Shown piece by piece: positions 35,733-44,272 of a stretch of 46,260 nt of DNA. Numbering within the stretch: position 1 is the first letter of the stretch; each line of letters opens with the position of its first letter. The notes under the pieces were generated by a model. That model saw only the letters and a program-made list of their open reading frames with translations. It was not told the origin of the DNA and did not search any database. The translations under genes and the position numbers were made by a program. Source of the stretch: Candidatus Daviesbacteria bacterium (lineage in GTDB: Bacteria > Patescibacteriota > Microgenomatia > Daviesbacterales > UBA10151); assembly GCA_028687915.1 (NCBI GenBank), contig JAQTZF010000001.1, positions 167,969 through 214,228 on the forward strand, written 5' to 3'.

Positions 35733-37385
35733 ATGGTTAAGAATTTATTCTCACTTCTTAATACCAGACAGAACTCTATTTTGTCTGGCGCTTTTGTTTT
35801 AATGGTTACAATTGGTGCTTCCAAGGTGTTGGGTTTAATCAGGGATAGGTTGTTGGCGCATACATTTTCTCCTGATCAAACAGCTGTATATTTTGCTGCT
35901 TTTAGATTGCCGGATCTTTTATTTCAATTATTTATTTTTGGAGCTGTTTCTGTGGCTTTTATTCCTGTCTTTACTGATTATTTACATAAAAAATCGGAAA
36001 AAGAAGCTTTTGAATTTGCTTCAGATATTTTAAATGTTGTACTAATTCTTTTCGCAATTGTGACAGCAGTCTTTTTTATATTTGCTGGTCCTGTGACAAG
36101 CCTAATAGTTCCGGGTTTTTCTGAAAGTCAGAAAGAATTAGCCACAGGATTAACTAGAGTTATTATAATTGGTCAACTCTTACTAGTAATCGGGGCTTTT
36201 TTTGTAGGTATTTGTCAGGCTTACCAACGATTTATTATTCCGGCTTTGGCTGCTGTGTCCTATACGATTGGAATTATTATTGGAATAGTTTTTCTATCAC
36301 CTTTTTTTGGTATTTTTGGACCAGCTTTTGGTGTAATCATTGGAGCTATTTTACATATCTTTACTCAAATGTCCTTAGTTTCAAGTTTAGGTTTTAGATA
36401 CCGTTTTAAGTTAGACGTTTTTAATGAAGGAATTAAAGAGGTGTTAAGGATGATGAGTATCAGGACACTTGGTATTGCAGCAGAACAGCTGAATGAAACT
36501 GTGGGAGTTATTTTGGCCTCCCTTATTTCTACTTCTTCAGTAACCTATTTAACTTTTGCCCAGCACTTACAAGCAGTCCCAATTGGACTTTTTGGGGCAA
36601 CTTTAGCTCAGGCAGCTTTGCCTGTTTTATCCAGAGAAAAAACTACAGGGGAAGATGATTCATTTAAGACAACACTGCTCACCACCCTGCATCAGATTAT
36701 GTTTTTATCTTTACCTGCAGCTGCTATGTTGATAGTCTTGCGAATTCCTGCAGTAAGGTTGGTTTTTGGAGCTTCGCAATTTGACTGGAGTTCAACAGTC
36801 TTAACTGGAACAACTTTAGCCTGGTTGGCAGTTGGATTAACTGCTCAATCAATGAATCTTTTGTTGATTAGAGGTTTTTATGCTTTAAAGGATACCAGAA
36901 CTCCGGTAGTGGTATCTGTTGTGGCAGTGGTTATCAATGTTGTTTTAAGCTATGTTTTTGTAAAAAATCTAAACCTGGATGTTTGGAGTTTGGGTTTATC
37001 TTATGCAATTTCTGCCAATGTTTCTTTAATCTTTTTGGTATATGCTCTAGGTTATCGTACTGGGGGATTTAACCAAAAAGATTTATTTATACCTGCTGTT
37101 AAGATGTTATTTGCAGCAACAATTTCTGCCCTGGTTATTTATATTCCTCTAAAAGGTCTTGATTCTCTAATTTTTGATACTACTAAGACTATAAATTTAA
37201 TTGTTTTAACTTCTATTGCATCTTTCTTTGGTTTGTCTACTTATGTGTTTTTGGTTTGGATTTTGAAAGTTAAGGAGCTGGAAACTTTTGGAGCTTTACT
37301 TAAAAAGGTTTATCAGATGAAATGGATGGGAAGTGCAAAGAATGATACTTTACCAAATCCTCCGGACACCACCACTTCTCTTTGA
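35733..37385 (+). CDS. murJ: lipid II flippase MurJ (MviN)
   Basis: SKVLGLIRDRLLAHTFSPDQTAVYFAAFRLPDLLFQLF and 14 TM-type hydrophobic segments. I prefer ATG 35733 over the track start 35664. Confidence 0.88.
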   Translation: MVKNLFSLLNTRQNSILSGAFVLMVTIGASKVLGLIRDRLLAHTFSPDQTAVYFAAFRLPDLLFQLFIFGAVSVAFIPVFTDYLHKKSEKEAFEFASDILNVVLILFAIVTAVFFIFAGPVTSLIVPGFSESQKELATGLTRVIIIGQLLLVIGAFFVGICQAYQRFIIPALAAVSYTIGIIIGIVFLSPFFGIFGPAFGVIIGAILHIFTQMSLVSSLGFRYRFKLDVFNEGIKEVLRMMSIRTLGIAAEQLNETVGVILASLISTSSVTYLTFAQHLQAVPIGLFGATLAQAALPVLSREKTTGEDDSFKTTLLTTLHQIMFLSLPAAAMLIVLRIPAVRLVFGASQFDWSSTVLTGTTLAWLAVGLTAQSMNLLLIRGFYALKDTRTPVVVSVVAVVINVVLSYVFVKNLNLDVWSLGLSYAISANVSLIFLVYALGYRTGGFNQKDLFIPAVKMLFAATISALVIYIPLKGLDSLIFDTTKTINLIVLTSIASFFGLSTYVFLVWILKVKELETFGALLKKVYQMKWMGSAKNDTLPNPPDTTTSL

Positions 37386-37411
37386 GGCTCAACTCAAGTA
37401 CAATTCACCTT

Positions 37412-37495
37412 ATGAACATTAGGAATTTTTCGATTATAAGTCTACTCCTCGCTTCGTTCGGAGATCTTGTGATGGAAAAAAGGAATATAAAATGA
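37412..37495 (+). promoter_or_regulatory. 27-codon upstream ORF (candidate leader peptide) mimicking the LepA N-terminus
   Basis: The ORF encodes MNIRNFSIISLLLASFGDLVMEKRNIK*. TACAAT at 37399-37404 lies 7 nt upstream of its ATG. Its TGA stop overlaps the lepA ATG (ATGA at 37492-37495). Its first 9 codons encode the same peptide as lepA codons 1-9. Confidence 0.35.
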
Positions 37496-39255
37496 ACATC
37501 AGAAATTTTTCCATCATTGCTCATGTTGATCATGGTAAATCAACTCTTGCAGACAGGCTGTTAGAAATAACAGGGACTGTTACTGGCGGAAAAATGCAGC
37601 CGCAGCTTTTAGATTCACTGGCTTTGGAGCGTGAACGGGGAATAACAATAAAGTTAGCTCCTGTAAGAATGAACTATACCTTAAATGCTAAGCTATATAC
37701 CCTTAACCTTATTGATACCCCAGGTCATGTGGATTTTTCCTATGAAGTTTCACGAGCTTTAGCAGCTGTGGAAGGAGCGATACTTTTAGTTGATGCAACT
37801 CAGGGGATTCAAGCTCAAACTTTATCTCACGGTTTGGCTGCAATGGAACAGAATTTAATTTTAATACCAGTGGTAAATAAAGTTGATTTACCACAAGCAG
37901 ATGTTGAAGGTGTAGAAAAACAACTAATAGATACTTTTGGTTTTGATAAGGAAGATATCTTACATGTATCAGGAAAAACAGGGGAGGGTGTGGCAGAACT
38001 CTTGGAGGTAATAGTAGGAAAAATTCCTGCTCCAAAAGTAGAAGTAGATAAGCCCTTAAAAGCTTTAATTTTTGATTCCTTTTTTGATTCTTTTAAAGGA
38101 GTTATTGCTCAAGTTAAAGTGGTGGAGGGAAAAGTACCTGAAACTAATAAAAAAATAAGGTTTGTGGCAACAGAAGCAGAGGGAGAAATTTTAGAAAAAG
38201 GTTTTTTTGGTCCTGCTTTAACTCCCGTAGAAAATTTAGAGTCAGGAGAAATTGGTTATATTGCCACAGGTATTAAGCAACCAGATTTAGTTAAGGTGGG
38301 AGATACAATTGCTGAAATTGGAACCGATGTTTCATTGCTTCCAGGTTATAAGCAAGTTAAACCAATGGTTTATGTGGGGCTTTATCCAATTGAACAAGCA
38401 GAATTTCATGATTTAAAAACTGTTTTAAGCAAATTTAAGTTAACTGATCCGGCTTTTTCTTATGAAATAGAGCATTCCCAAGCTTTGGGTGCAGGTTTTA
38501 GGTGTGGATTTTTAGGATTACTTCATGCAGAAGTTGTTCAGCAAAGATTGTCTGAAGAATTTAATATGGATCTTTTGGCAACTACCCCTTCTGTTGAGTA
38601 TTTGCTTGATGGAAGTCCTATTACCAATCCAGCTGATTTACCACAAGGGATAAACCTGGTTAATCTACAGGAACCATGGGTAAAGGTAAGGATTTTTACA
38701 CCACAAACATACCTGGGGAAAATAATGGAATTAATGTCTGAAAAACGTGGGTTATACCAAAACCAGACTTATTTTGGTACTCAGGTAGAATTAATATATG
38801 AGATGCCTTTATCAGAAATGATTACAGATTTTTATGATAAGTTAAAGTCTGTGTCAAGCGGTTTTGCTTCTCTTGATTGGGATTTTATAGAATTTCGGGA
38901 TTGCGATGGAGTGAGGGTAGATATTTTAGTGGGAGGGGAAAAAGTGGATGCATTATCAATGATTGTGGTGAGATCAAAAGCAGAATATATAGGGAGACGT
39001 TTGGCAGAAAAGTTAAAAGAAGTCTTGCCAAAACAAAATTTTGCCATTGCCATTCAGGCAGTGATTGGAGGAAATATAATTGCTAGAGAGACAGTGTCAC
39101 CTTTTAGGAAAGATGTGATAGAAAAACTTTATGGAGGAGACAGAACCAGAAAAGATAAGTTACTTGATAAGCAGAAAAAAGGTAAAAAGAAAATGAAGAT
39201 GATTGGTAGAGTTGAGATTCCCCAAGAGGCATTTTTAAGTATTCTTAAAAGCTAA
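37492..39255 (+). CDS. lepA: translation elongation factor 4 (LepA)
   Basis: IRNFSIIAHVDHGKSTLADRLL (G1), DTPGHVDF (G3), NKVD (G4), and the LepA C-terminal domain (...YGGDRTRKDKLLDKQKKGKKKMK). Confidence 0.95.
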   Translation: MNIRNFSIIAHVDHGKSTLADRLLEITGTVTGGKMQPQLLDSLALERERGITIKLAPVRMNYTLNAKLYTLNLIDTPGHVDFSYEVSRALAAVEGAILLVDATQGIQAQTLSHGLAAMEQNLILIPVVNKVDLPQADVEGVEKQLIDTFGFDKEDILHVSGKTGEGVAELLEVIVGKIPAPKVEVDKPLKALIFDSFFDSFKGVIAQVKVVEGKVPETNKKIRFVATEAEGEILEKGFFGPALTPVENLESGEIGYIATGIKQPDLVKVGDTIAEIGTDVSLLPGYKQVKPMVYVGLYPIEQAEFHDLKTVLSKFKLTDPAFSYEIEHSQALGAGFRCGFLGLLHAEVVQQRLSEEFNMDLLATTPSVEYLLDGSPITNPADLPQGINLVNLQEPWVKVRIFTPQTYLGKIMELMSEKRGLYQNQTYFGTQVELIYEMPLSEMITDFYDKLKSVSSGFASLDWDFIEFRDCDGVRVDILVGGEKVDALSMIVVRSKAEYIGRRLAEKLKEVLPKQNFAIAIQAVIGGNIIARETVSPFRKDVIEKLYGGDRTRKDKLLDKQKKGKKKMKMIGRVEIPQEAFLSILKS

Positions 39256-39277
39256 TGTTGAATACCCAAAGATAAGT

Positions 39278-39283
39278 TAAAAT
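39278..39283 (+). promoter_or_regulatory. -10 box TAAAAT, 7 nt upstream of ATG 39291
   Basis: The sequence reads gtTAAAAT-atacttg-ATG. Confidence 0.45.
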
Positions 39284-39290
39284 ATACTTG

Positions 39291-39998
39291 ATGAAAGGGA
39301 AGATTATTTTAGTAGTAGCGGGACATCCAGATGATGCAGACTTTGGCAGCGCAGCTACTGTTGCTAAGTATGTTTCTGAAGGAGCTACTGCTTATTATTT
39401 AATTTGTACTAATGGGGCTAGGGGTAGTAGAGGTCATAAAATTGATTCTCAAAGATTGGCAAGAATAAGGAAAAAAGAACAGCTGGCAGCAGCAAAAGTT
39501 GTTGGAGTAAAGGAAACCTTTTTTCTTGATCATGCTGATGGAGAGCTGGAAGCAGACTTACATTTAAAAGAAGAAATTGTTAAGTTTATTAGAAAGCTAA
39601 AACCAGATATAGTTTTTACTCATGATCCTACCTGGGTATACGATATTAGAGAAGGTATCGCTTTCATTAATCATAATGATCACAGAAAAGCTGGAATTGC
39701 CACGATTGATGCAGTTTATCCTCTTGCCCGTGATTTAGCATCTTTTCCAGAACATATTGAAGAAGGATTGGAGCCTCATAAAGTAATAGAACTATATTTA
39801 GTTAGCTTCAATAACCCTAACTTTTTTGTTGATGTGACAAATTTTTTTAATATAAAATCTAAGGCAGTTTTAAAACATAAAAGCCAAATTGATGATCCAA
39901 AACAAACCAAAGACTGGTTGAAAAGTAGGCTGGGCGAGTTGGGTAAACAAGCAGGCTATAAATATGCAGAAGGCTTTATAAGACTTGTACTTCGCTAA
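39291..39998 (+). CDS. PIG-L family (LmbE-like) deacetylase, second paralogue
   Basis: VVAGHPDDADFGSAA and HNDH motifs. The architecture matches the 2613..3344 gene. Confidence 0.8.
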   Translation: MKGKIILVVAGHPDDADFGSAATVAKYVSEGATAYYLICTNGARGSRGHKIDSQRLARIRKKEQLAAAKVVGVKETFFLDHADGELEADLHLKEEIVKFIRKLKPDIVFTHDPTWVYDIREGIAFINHNDHRKAGIATIDAVYPLARDLASFPEHIEEGLEPHKVIELYLVSFNNPNFFVDVTNFFNIKSKAVLKHKSQIDDPKQTKDWLKSRLGELGKQAGYKYAEGFIRLVLR

Positions 39999-40000
39999 CT

Positions 40001-40444
40001 ATGAAAGTCATAAATAAAGAAAAATATTTAAATAATGTAGAAGAGAAACTTGTTGAGGCTGGGAAGCGTTTGGATGCTTTAAGGCATGATCGTTCTCCAA
40101 ACAGTTCTGAGTCGGGACATGAAGCAATTCGGGAGAATGTTGAAAGAGAGATAATTATTCAGGAAAATGTTGTTAAGGGTCTTGAACAATTTAAAGAGTT
40201 TTTGAAATTAAGTACAGAAAAAACTCGAGTTGAAGAAGGGGCGCAATTTACTGTTAAATTTGATTCAGGAGAGGTAATTGATGATGCTATTTTTGCGCCA
40301 TTAACTGTGGCTTTGGAAAAAGTGCAAATTATTACACGTAAATCTCCGTTGGGGGAAGCAGTCTACGGCAAAAAAGAAGAAGATGTCTTTAGCTATCAGG
40401 TAGGAGAGCAGGTAGTTTCGGGAAGAATCACAGCTGTTAAATGA
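40001..40444 (+). CDS. GreA/GreB-family transcription factor-like protein
   Basis: An N-terminal coiled coil is followed by a C-terminal segment (VEEGAQFTVKF...IITRKSPLGEAVYGKKEEDVFSY...GRITAVK). That segment resembles the GreA_GreB C-terminal domain (IS..SPLG.AL.GK..GD). The acidic tip is not canonical. Confidence 0.55.
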   Translation: MKVINKEKYLNNVEEKLVEAGKRLDALRHDRSPNSSESGHEAIRENVEREIIIQENVVKGLEQFKEFLKLSTEKTRVEEGAQFTVKFDSGEVIDDAIFAPLTVALEKVQIITRKSPLGEAVYGKKEEDVFSYQVGEQVVSGRITAVK

Positions 40445-40461
40445 TGGATTCATCAAAACTA

Positions 40462-40490
40462 TTGACAAAATTTAGCAGTCTTGATATATT
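40462..40490 (+). promoter_or_regulatory. hrcA operon promoter (TTGACA-17 nt-TATATT with TGn extension)
   Basis: TTGACA at 40462-40467 and TGaTATATT at 40482-40490. Confidence 0.6.
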
Positions 40491-40498
40491 AGTGCTAA
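40472..40498 (+). promoter_or_regulatory. CIRCE operator (HrcA binding site)
   Basis: The site reads TTAGCAGTC-N9-TAGTGCTAA against the consensus TTAGCACTC-N9-GAGTGCTAA, a 16/18 match. It overlaps the promoter directly upstream of hrcA. Confidence 0.75.
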
Positions 40499-40540
40499 TA
40501 GATCGATGGGTAAACACCTTCGGCCTATAAAAATGAATTT

Positions 40541-41269
40541 ATGTCAGAATTATCTGATCGTCAGCAACAACTATTAAAAGCAATCATAGAAGCTTATGTT
40601 AAGAACGGCGAACCAGTTTCTTCTGATTTAATTGAAAAGGGATCATCGCTTGGAGTATCCCCTGCTACCATCAGAAATGAGATGGTAAATTTAACTGAAA
40701 AAGGGTTCTTAAAACAACCACATGTCAGTGCAGGGAGGGTCCCAACAGCCATGGGTTTTCGTCTCTACATTAATGAAATAATGAAAGAGAAACAATTATC
40801 TGTGGTAGATGAGGTAAGCATCAGGCAACAAATGATGGATGCCCGGGCACAATTCAACCGAATGGTGCATGTTGCCACTAAGGCTTTGGCTAAAAAATGT
40901 GACACTTTAGCAATTGCCATTAATGGTGATGATATTTATTACACCGGTGCAGCTAGTATTTTAGATTTGCCGGAGTTTTTTGATATTGATGTAACAAGAT
41001 TTGTTTTATCAATGTTGGATGAGCAGGCAATTTTAGAAAAAGTTTTTAGTATGGCACAAGGTGAACAACCTTTGCATATTATTTTTGGAGAAGAGACTGA
41101 GTATGAACATTTGATTCCTACCAGCTTTGCTTTTCTAAATTTTGAAACAGGAAGAAAGGATTTAGGAATTATAGGAGTAATTGGACCAAACAGGCTCAAT
41201 TTTCCGGTAGTTATGCCTTATCTGCGCTATATTGGAGAAGTTTTAACAGAAGCAGGTCAGATTAGGTAA
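40541..41269 (+). CDS. hrcA: heat-inducible transcription repressor HrcA (short, 242 aa)
   Basis: The N-terminal wHTH is LSDRQQQLLKAIIEAYVKNGEPVSSDLI...VSPATIRNEMVNLTEKGFLKQPHVSAGRVPT..GFRLY. It is shorter than the usual HrcA of about 340 aa. Confidence 0.85.
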   Translation: MSELSDRQQQLLKAIIEAYVKNGEPVSSDLIEKGSSLGVSPATIRNEMVNLTEKGFLKQPHVSAGRVPTAMGFRLYINEIMKEKQLSVVDEVSIRQQMMDARAQFNRMVHVATKALAKKCDTLAIAINGDDIYYTGAASILDLPEFFDIDVTRFVLSMLDEQAILEKVFSMAQGEQPLHIIFGEETEYEHLIPTSFAFLNFETGRKDLGIIGVIGPNRLNFPVVMPYLRYIGEVLTEAGQIR

Positions 41270-41281
41270 TTTATAAATAAA

Positions 41282-41746
41282 ATGGCTAAAAAACAAACAC
41301 AATTAGAAGAGTTAGGATTAAAAGTACAAAGCCTGGAAGATCAGCTAAAGCGTGCTGTGGCTGATTATCAAAATTTGGAAAAGAGAATTCAGGATGGAAG
41401 ATCAGAATTAACCAAATGGGCAAGTGGTGATTTGGTAATGAGAATTTTACCAACGCTAGATCATTTGGATACTGCTTTAGGTGGGGCCAGTGAGGGTGAT
41501 AAAGCATCAGGTTGGTATAAAGGAGTGGAGCTGGCAGTTAAAGAATTTAAAAAAGTATTGGAAGAAGAAGGATTGCAAACAATTAATATTCAGATCATGG
41601 ATGAATATGATCCAAGGTTAGCTGAAGCAGTCGAAACAAAAGAAGGAGAAGAGAATAAAGTTTTAGAAATTGTACAAAACGGTTATAATATGAATGGAAA
41701 AGTTATCAGACCAGCCAAAGTGGTGGTCGGAAAGAAAGAAAACTAA
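41282..41746 (+). CDS. grpE: nucleotide exchange factor GrpE
   Basis: ADYQNLEKR (compare ADFENYRKR), [11 protein letters not shown], and a C-terminal beta domain ([23 protein letters not shown]). Confidence 0.9.
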   Translation: MAKKQTQLEELGLKVQSLEDQLKRAVADYQNLEKRIQDGRSELTKWASGDLVMRILPTLDHLDTALGGASEGDKASGWYKGVELAVKEFKKVLEEEGLQTINIQIMDEYDPRLAEAVETKEGEENKVLEIVQNGYNMNGKVIRPAKVVVGKKEN

Positions 41747-41747
41747 T

Positions 41748-43664
41748 ATGGCAAAAATAATAGGTATAGATCTTGGAACAACAAACAGCTGCGTTGCGGT
41801 GATGGAAGGTGGTAAACCTAAAGTCATCCACTCTGCCGAGGGAGAAAATACTATTCCTTCAGTGGTCAATCCTATTAAAAATAACGTAGGGAGAGTAGCA
41901 AAACGACAATCAATCGTAAATCCTAAAGAAACTATCTTTTCCGTCAAACGTTTGATGGGAAGAAAATTTGATGATGCTGAGGTTCAACGGGATATTAAAT
42001 GGCTTCCATACAATATTAAATCCGGTAAAAACGGCATGGCTGTTGTTGATGTTGAAGGTCATGAATATACTCCTCAAGAAATTTCTGCTCAGATCTTACA
42101 AAAAATTAAAGCAGATGCTGAAAGTTATTTAGGGGAAAAAGTTACTGAGGCAGTAATTACAGTACCAGCATATTTTGATGATGCTCAAAGACAGGCTACT
42201 AAACAGGCAGGAGAAATTGCTGGTTTAAATGTTCAAAGAATTATTAACGAACCAACTGCTGCAGCGCTGGCATATGGTTTGGATAAACAAAACGCTCACA
42301 CTATTGCAGTTTATGATCTTGGTGGAGGAACTTTTGATGTTTCTATTTTAGAACTTGGTGATGGGGTTTTTGAAGTTAAATCAACTAATGGCGATACTCA
42401 TTTAGGAGGAGACGATTTTGATCAAAAAATTATTGATCATATGGCAGATGAGTTCAAAAAAGAGCAGGGAATTGATCTAAAATCAGACAGACAGGCATTA
42501 CAAAGACTCCGAGATGCAGCTGAAAAAGCCAAAATTGAACTTTCTTCTTCAACTGAAGCAGAAATTTCTATTCCTTTTGTAACAGCAGATGCTTCTGGTC
42601 CAAAACATTTGGAAATGAAATTATCCAGAGCAAAACTGGAAGATTTAGTAAAAGAGTTGGTTGATAAGAGCTTTGATGCTGTTAAAAATGCTCTGAAAGA
42701 TGCCAAAGTGGATGCAAAATCTGTGGATGAAGTAATCTTGGTCGGAGGAATGACTAGGATGCCGTTGGTCCAAAAGGCAGTGCAGGACTTTTTCGGAAAA
42801 GAACCTCACAAAGGTATTAATCCGGATGAAGTAGTCGCTGTGGGAGCTGCTATTCAGGGAGGGGTTTTGGGTGGAGAAGTTAAAGATGTGTTGCTTTTGG
42901 ATGTGACCCCACTAACTTTAGGAATTGAAACTTTGGGTGGAGTTAGAACTCCGTTAATAAATAGAAATTCAACCATTCCAACTTCAAAAACAGAAGTATT
43001 TTCAACTGCAGCTGATAATCAAACTCAGGTGGAAATCAATGTATTACAGGGGGAGCGAGAAATGGCAGCAGATAATAAAACATTGGGTAGGTTTGTGCTT
43101 GATGGTATTCCACCAGCACCTAGGGGTGTACCACAAGTAGAAGTTACTTTTGATATTGATGCCAATGGTATCTTGAATGTTTCTGCCAAAGATAAAGCCA
43201 CCGGAAAAGAGCAAAAAATAACCATTACTGGTTCAACAGGACTTTCTAAAGAAGATGCAGAGCGTATGGCTAAAGAAGCTGAAGCTCATGCAGAAGAAGA
43301 TAAAAAGAAAAAAGAAGAAATTGAGGTTAAAAATCAGGCTGATACTTTAATTTATACAACTCAAAGATCTATTAAAGATGCCGGGGATAAAATGCCTGTT
43401 GAAACTAAAGAAGATTTAGAAGGAAAAATTAAAGAATTGGAAGAAGCAGTAGCAAAAGGTGATAAAGATGAAATCAAGGCTAAATCAGAATCTTTATCAG
43501 AGGCCTTATCTAAATTTGGTCAGTCTCAATATCAACAGCCAGGCGCTGAAGGTCAACCAGAACCGGAGATTAAGCCTGAAGAAGAAATTGGACCAAAAGA
43601 AGAAGATGGTAAAGCTGAGGCTGTTGAAGGAGAAGTGGTAGATGATGGCAGTACAAAAAGTTAA
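41748..43664 (+). CDS. dnaK: molecular chaperone DnaK (Hsp70)
   Basis: [30 protein letters not shown] and [11 protein letters not shown] motifs. The ATG at 41748 lies just after the grpE stop. The track start 41694 is an upstream in-frame artefact inside grpE. Confidence 0.97.
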   Translation: MAKIIGIDLGTTNSCVAVMEGGKPKVIHSAEGENTIPSVVNPIKNNVGRVAKRQSIVNPKETIFSVKRLMGRKFDDAEVQRDIKWLPYNIKSGKNGMAVVDVEGHEYTPQEISAQILQKIKADAESYLGEKVTEAVITVPAYFDDAQRQATKQAGEIAGLNVQRIINEPTAAALAYGLDKQNAHTIAVYDLGGGTFDVSILELGDGVFEVKSTNGDTHLGGDDFDQKIIDHMADEFKKEQGIDLKSDRQALQRLRDAAEKAKIELSSSTEAEISIPFVTADASGPKHLEMKLSRAKLEDLVKELVDKSFDAVKNALKDAKVDAKSVDEVILVGGMTRMPLVQKAVQDFFGKEPHKGINPDEVVAVGAAIQGGVLGGEVKDVLLLDVTPLTLGIETLGGVRTPLINRNSTIPTSKTEVFSTAADNQTQVEINVLQGEREMAADNKTLGRFVLDGIPPAPRGVPQVEVTFDIDANGILNVSAKDKATGKEQKITITGSTGLSKEDAERMAKEAEAHAEEDKKKKEEIEVKNQADTLIYTTQRSIKDAGDKMPVETKEDLEGKIKELEEAVAKGDKDEIKAKSESLSEALSKFGQSQYQQPGAEGQPEPEIKPEEEIGPKEEDGKAEAVEGEVVDDGSTKS

Positions 43665-43691
43665 CCAAATTTCTCAGTGAAAGGTTGGTTT

Positions 43692-43715
43692 AGCCTCGGG
43701 AAACCGGGGCTTTTT
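43692..43715 (+). terminator. rho-independent terminator after dnaK
   Basis: The hairpin is AGCCTCGG-GAAA-CCGGGGCT, with 7-8 bp including one G-U pair and a GAAA loop. It is followed by TTTTT. It ends 5 nt before the next ATG. Confidence 0.75.
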
Positions 43716-43719
43716 AATT

Positions 43720-44271
43720 ATGAATAAACTAAATACTATAAATTTAAAAGGCTTTGACATTCAGTTTCAGACTCAGCCTGGAGTTTTTTCAAAAGCAGGT
43801 TTAGACGATGGAACAAGATTACTAATTGATAATTTAGAGATTGAGGATGGAAGTTTATTGGCAGATTTAGGAAGTGGTACCGGTATTTTAGGTATTACTT
43901 GTGCTTTACTTAATCCACATGGGCATGTTCATTTACTTGATGATCATGTAAGGTCAGCAAAATTAACAAAACAAAATATTGAGATTAATAAACTAAGAAA
44001 TGCAGAAGGCTATTTAAGCGATCTTTTTAGTGAAGTAGATAATCGAACCTATCATCAAATTTTTTCTAATCCTCCAGCTCAGATGGGCAATGATTTTCTG
44101 GAAGAAGTTACCACTCAGTCCTTTAAACATTTGAAAGAGAATGGAATATTATGGTTTGTGGTGCCTCATCATCTTAAAAATGTGATAGAAAAGTTGTTTC
44201 AAAATGTTTTTGGAAACTGTACAATTGTGGCGCACGGCAAAGAACATATTGTTCTGAAAGCAAAAAAATAA
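43720..44271 (+). CDS. class I SAM-dependent methyltransferase (MTS domain, RsmC/RlmG-like)
   Basis: QPGVFSKAGLDDGTRLLI, motif I DLGSGTGILG, and the catalytic IFSNPPAQMG (NPPx). Confidence 0.75.
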   Translation: MNKLNTINLKGFDIQFQTQPGVFSKAGLDDGTRLLIDNLEIEDGSLLADLGSGTGILGITCALLNPHGHVHLLDDHVRSAKLTKQNIEINKLRNAEGYLSDLFSEVDNRTYHQIFSNPPAQMGNDFLEEVTTQSFKHLKENGILWFVVPHHLKNVIEKLFQNVFGNCTIVAHGKEHIVLKAKK

Positions 44272-44272
44272 C

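Noticed and set aside
41694-41747. Upstream in-frame extension of dnaK ([18 protein letters not shown])
   Set aside because: It lies inside the grpE coding region. The canonical DnaK N-terminus [14 protein letters not shown] starts at ATG 41748, right after the grpE stop.
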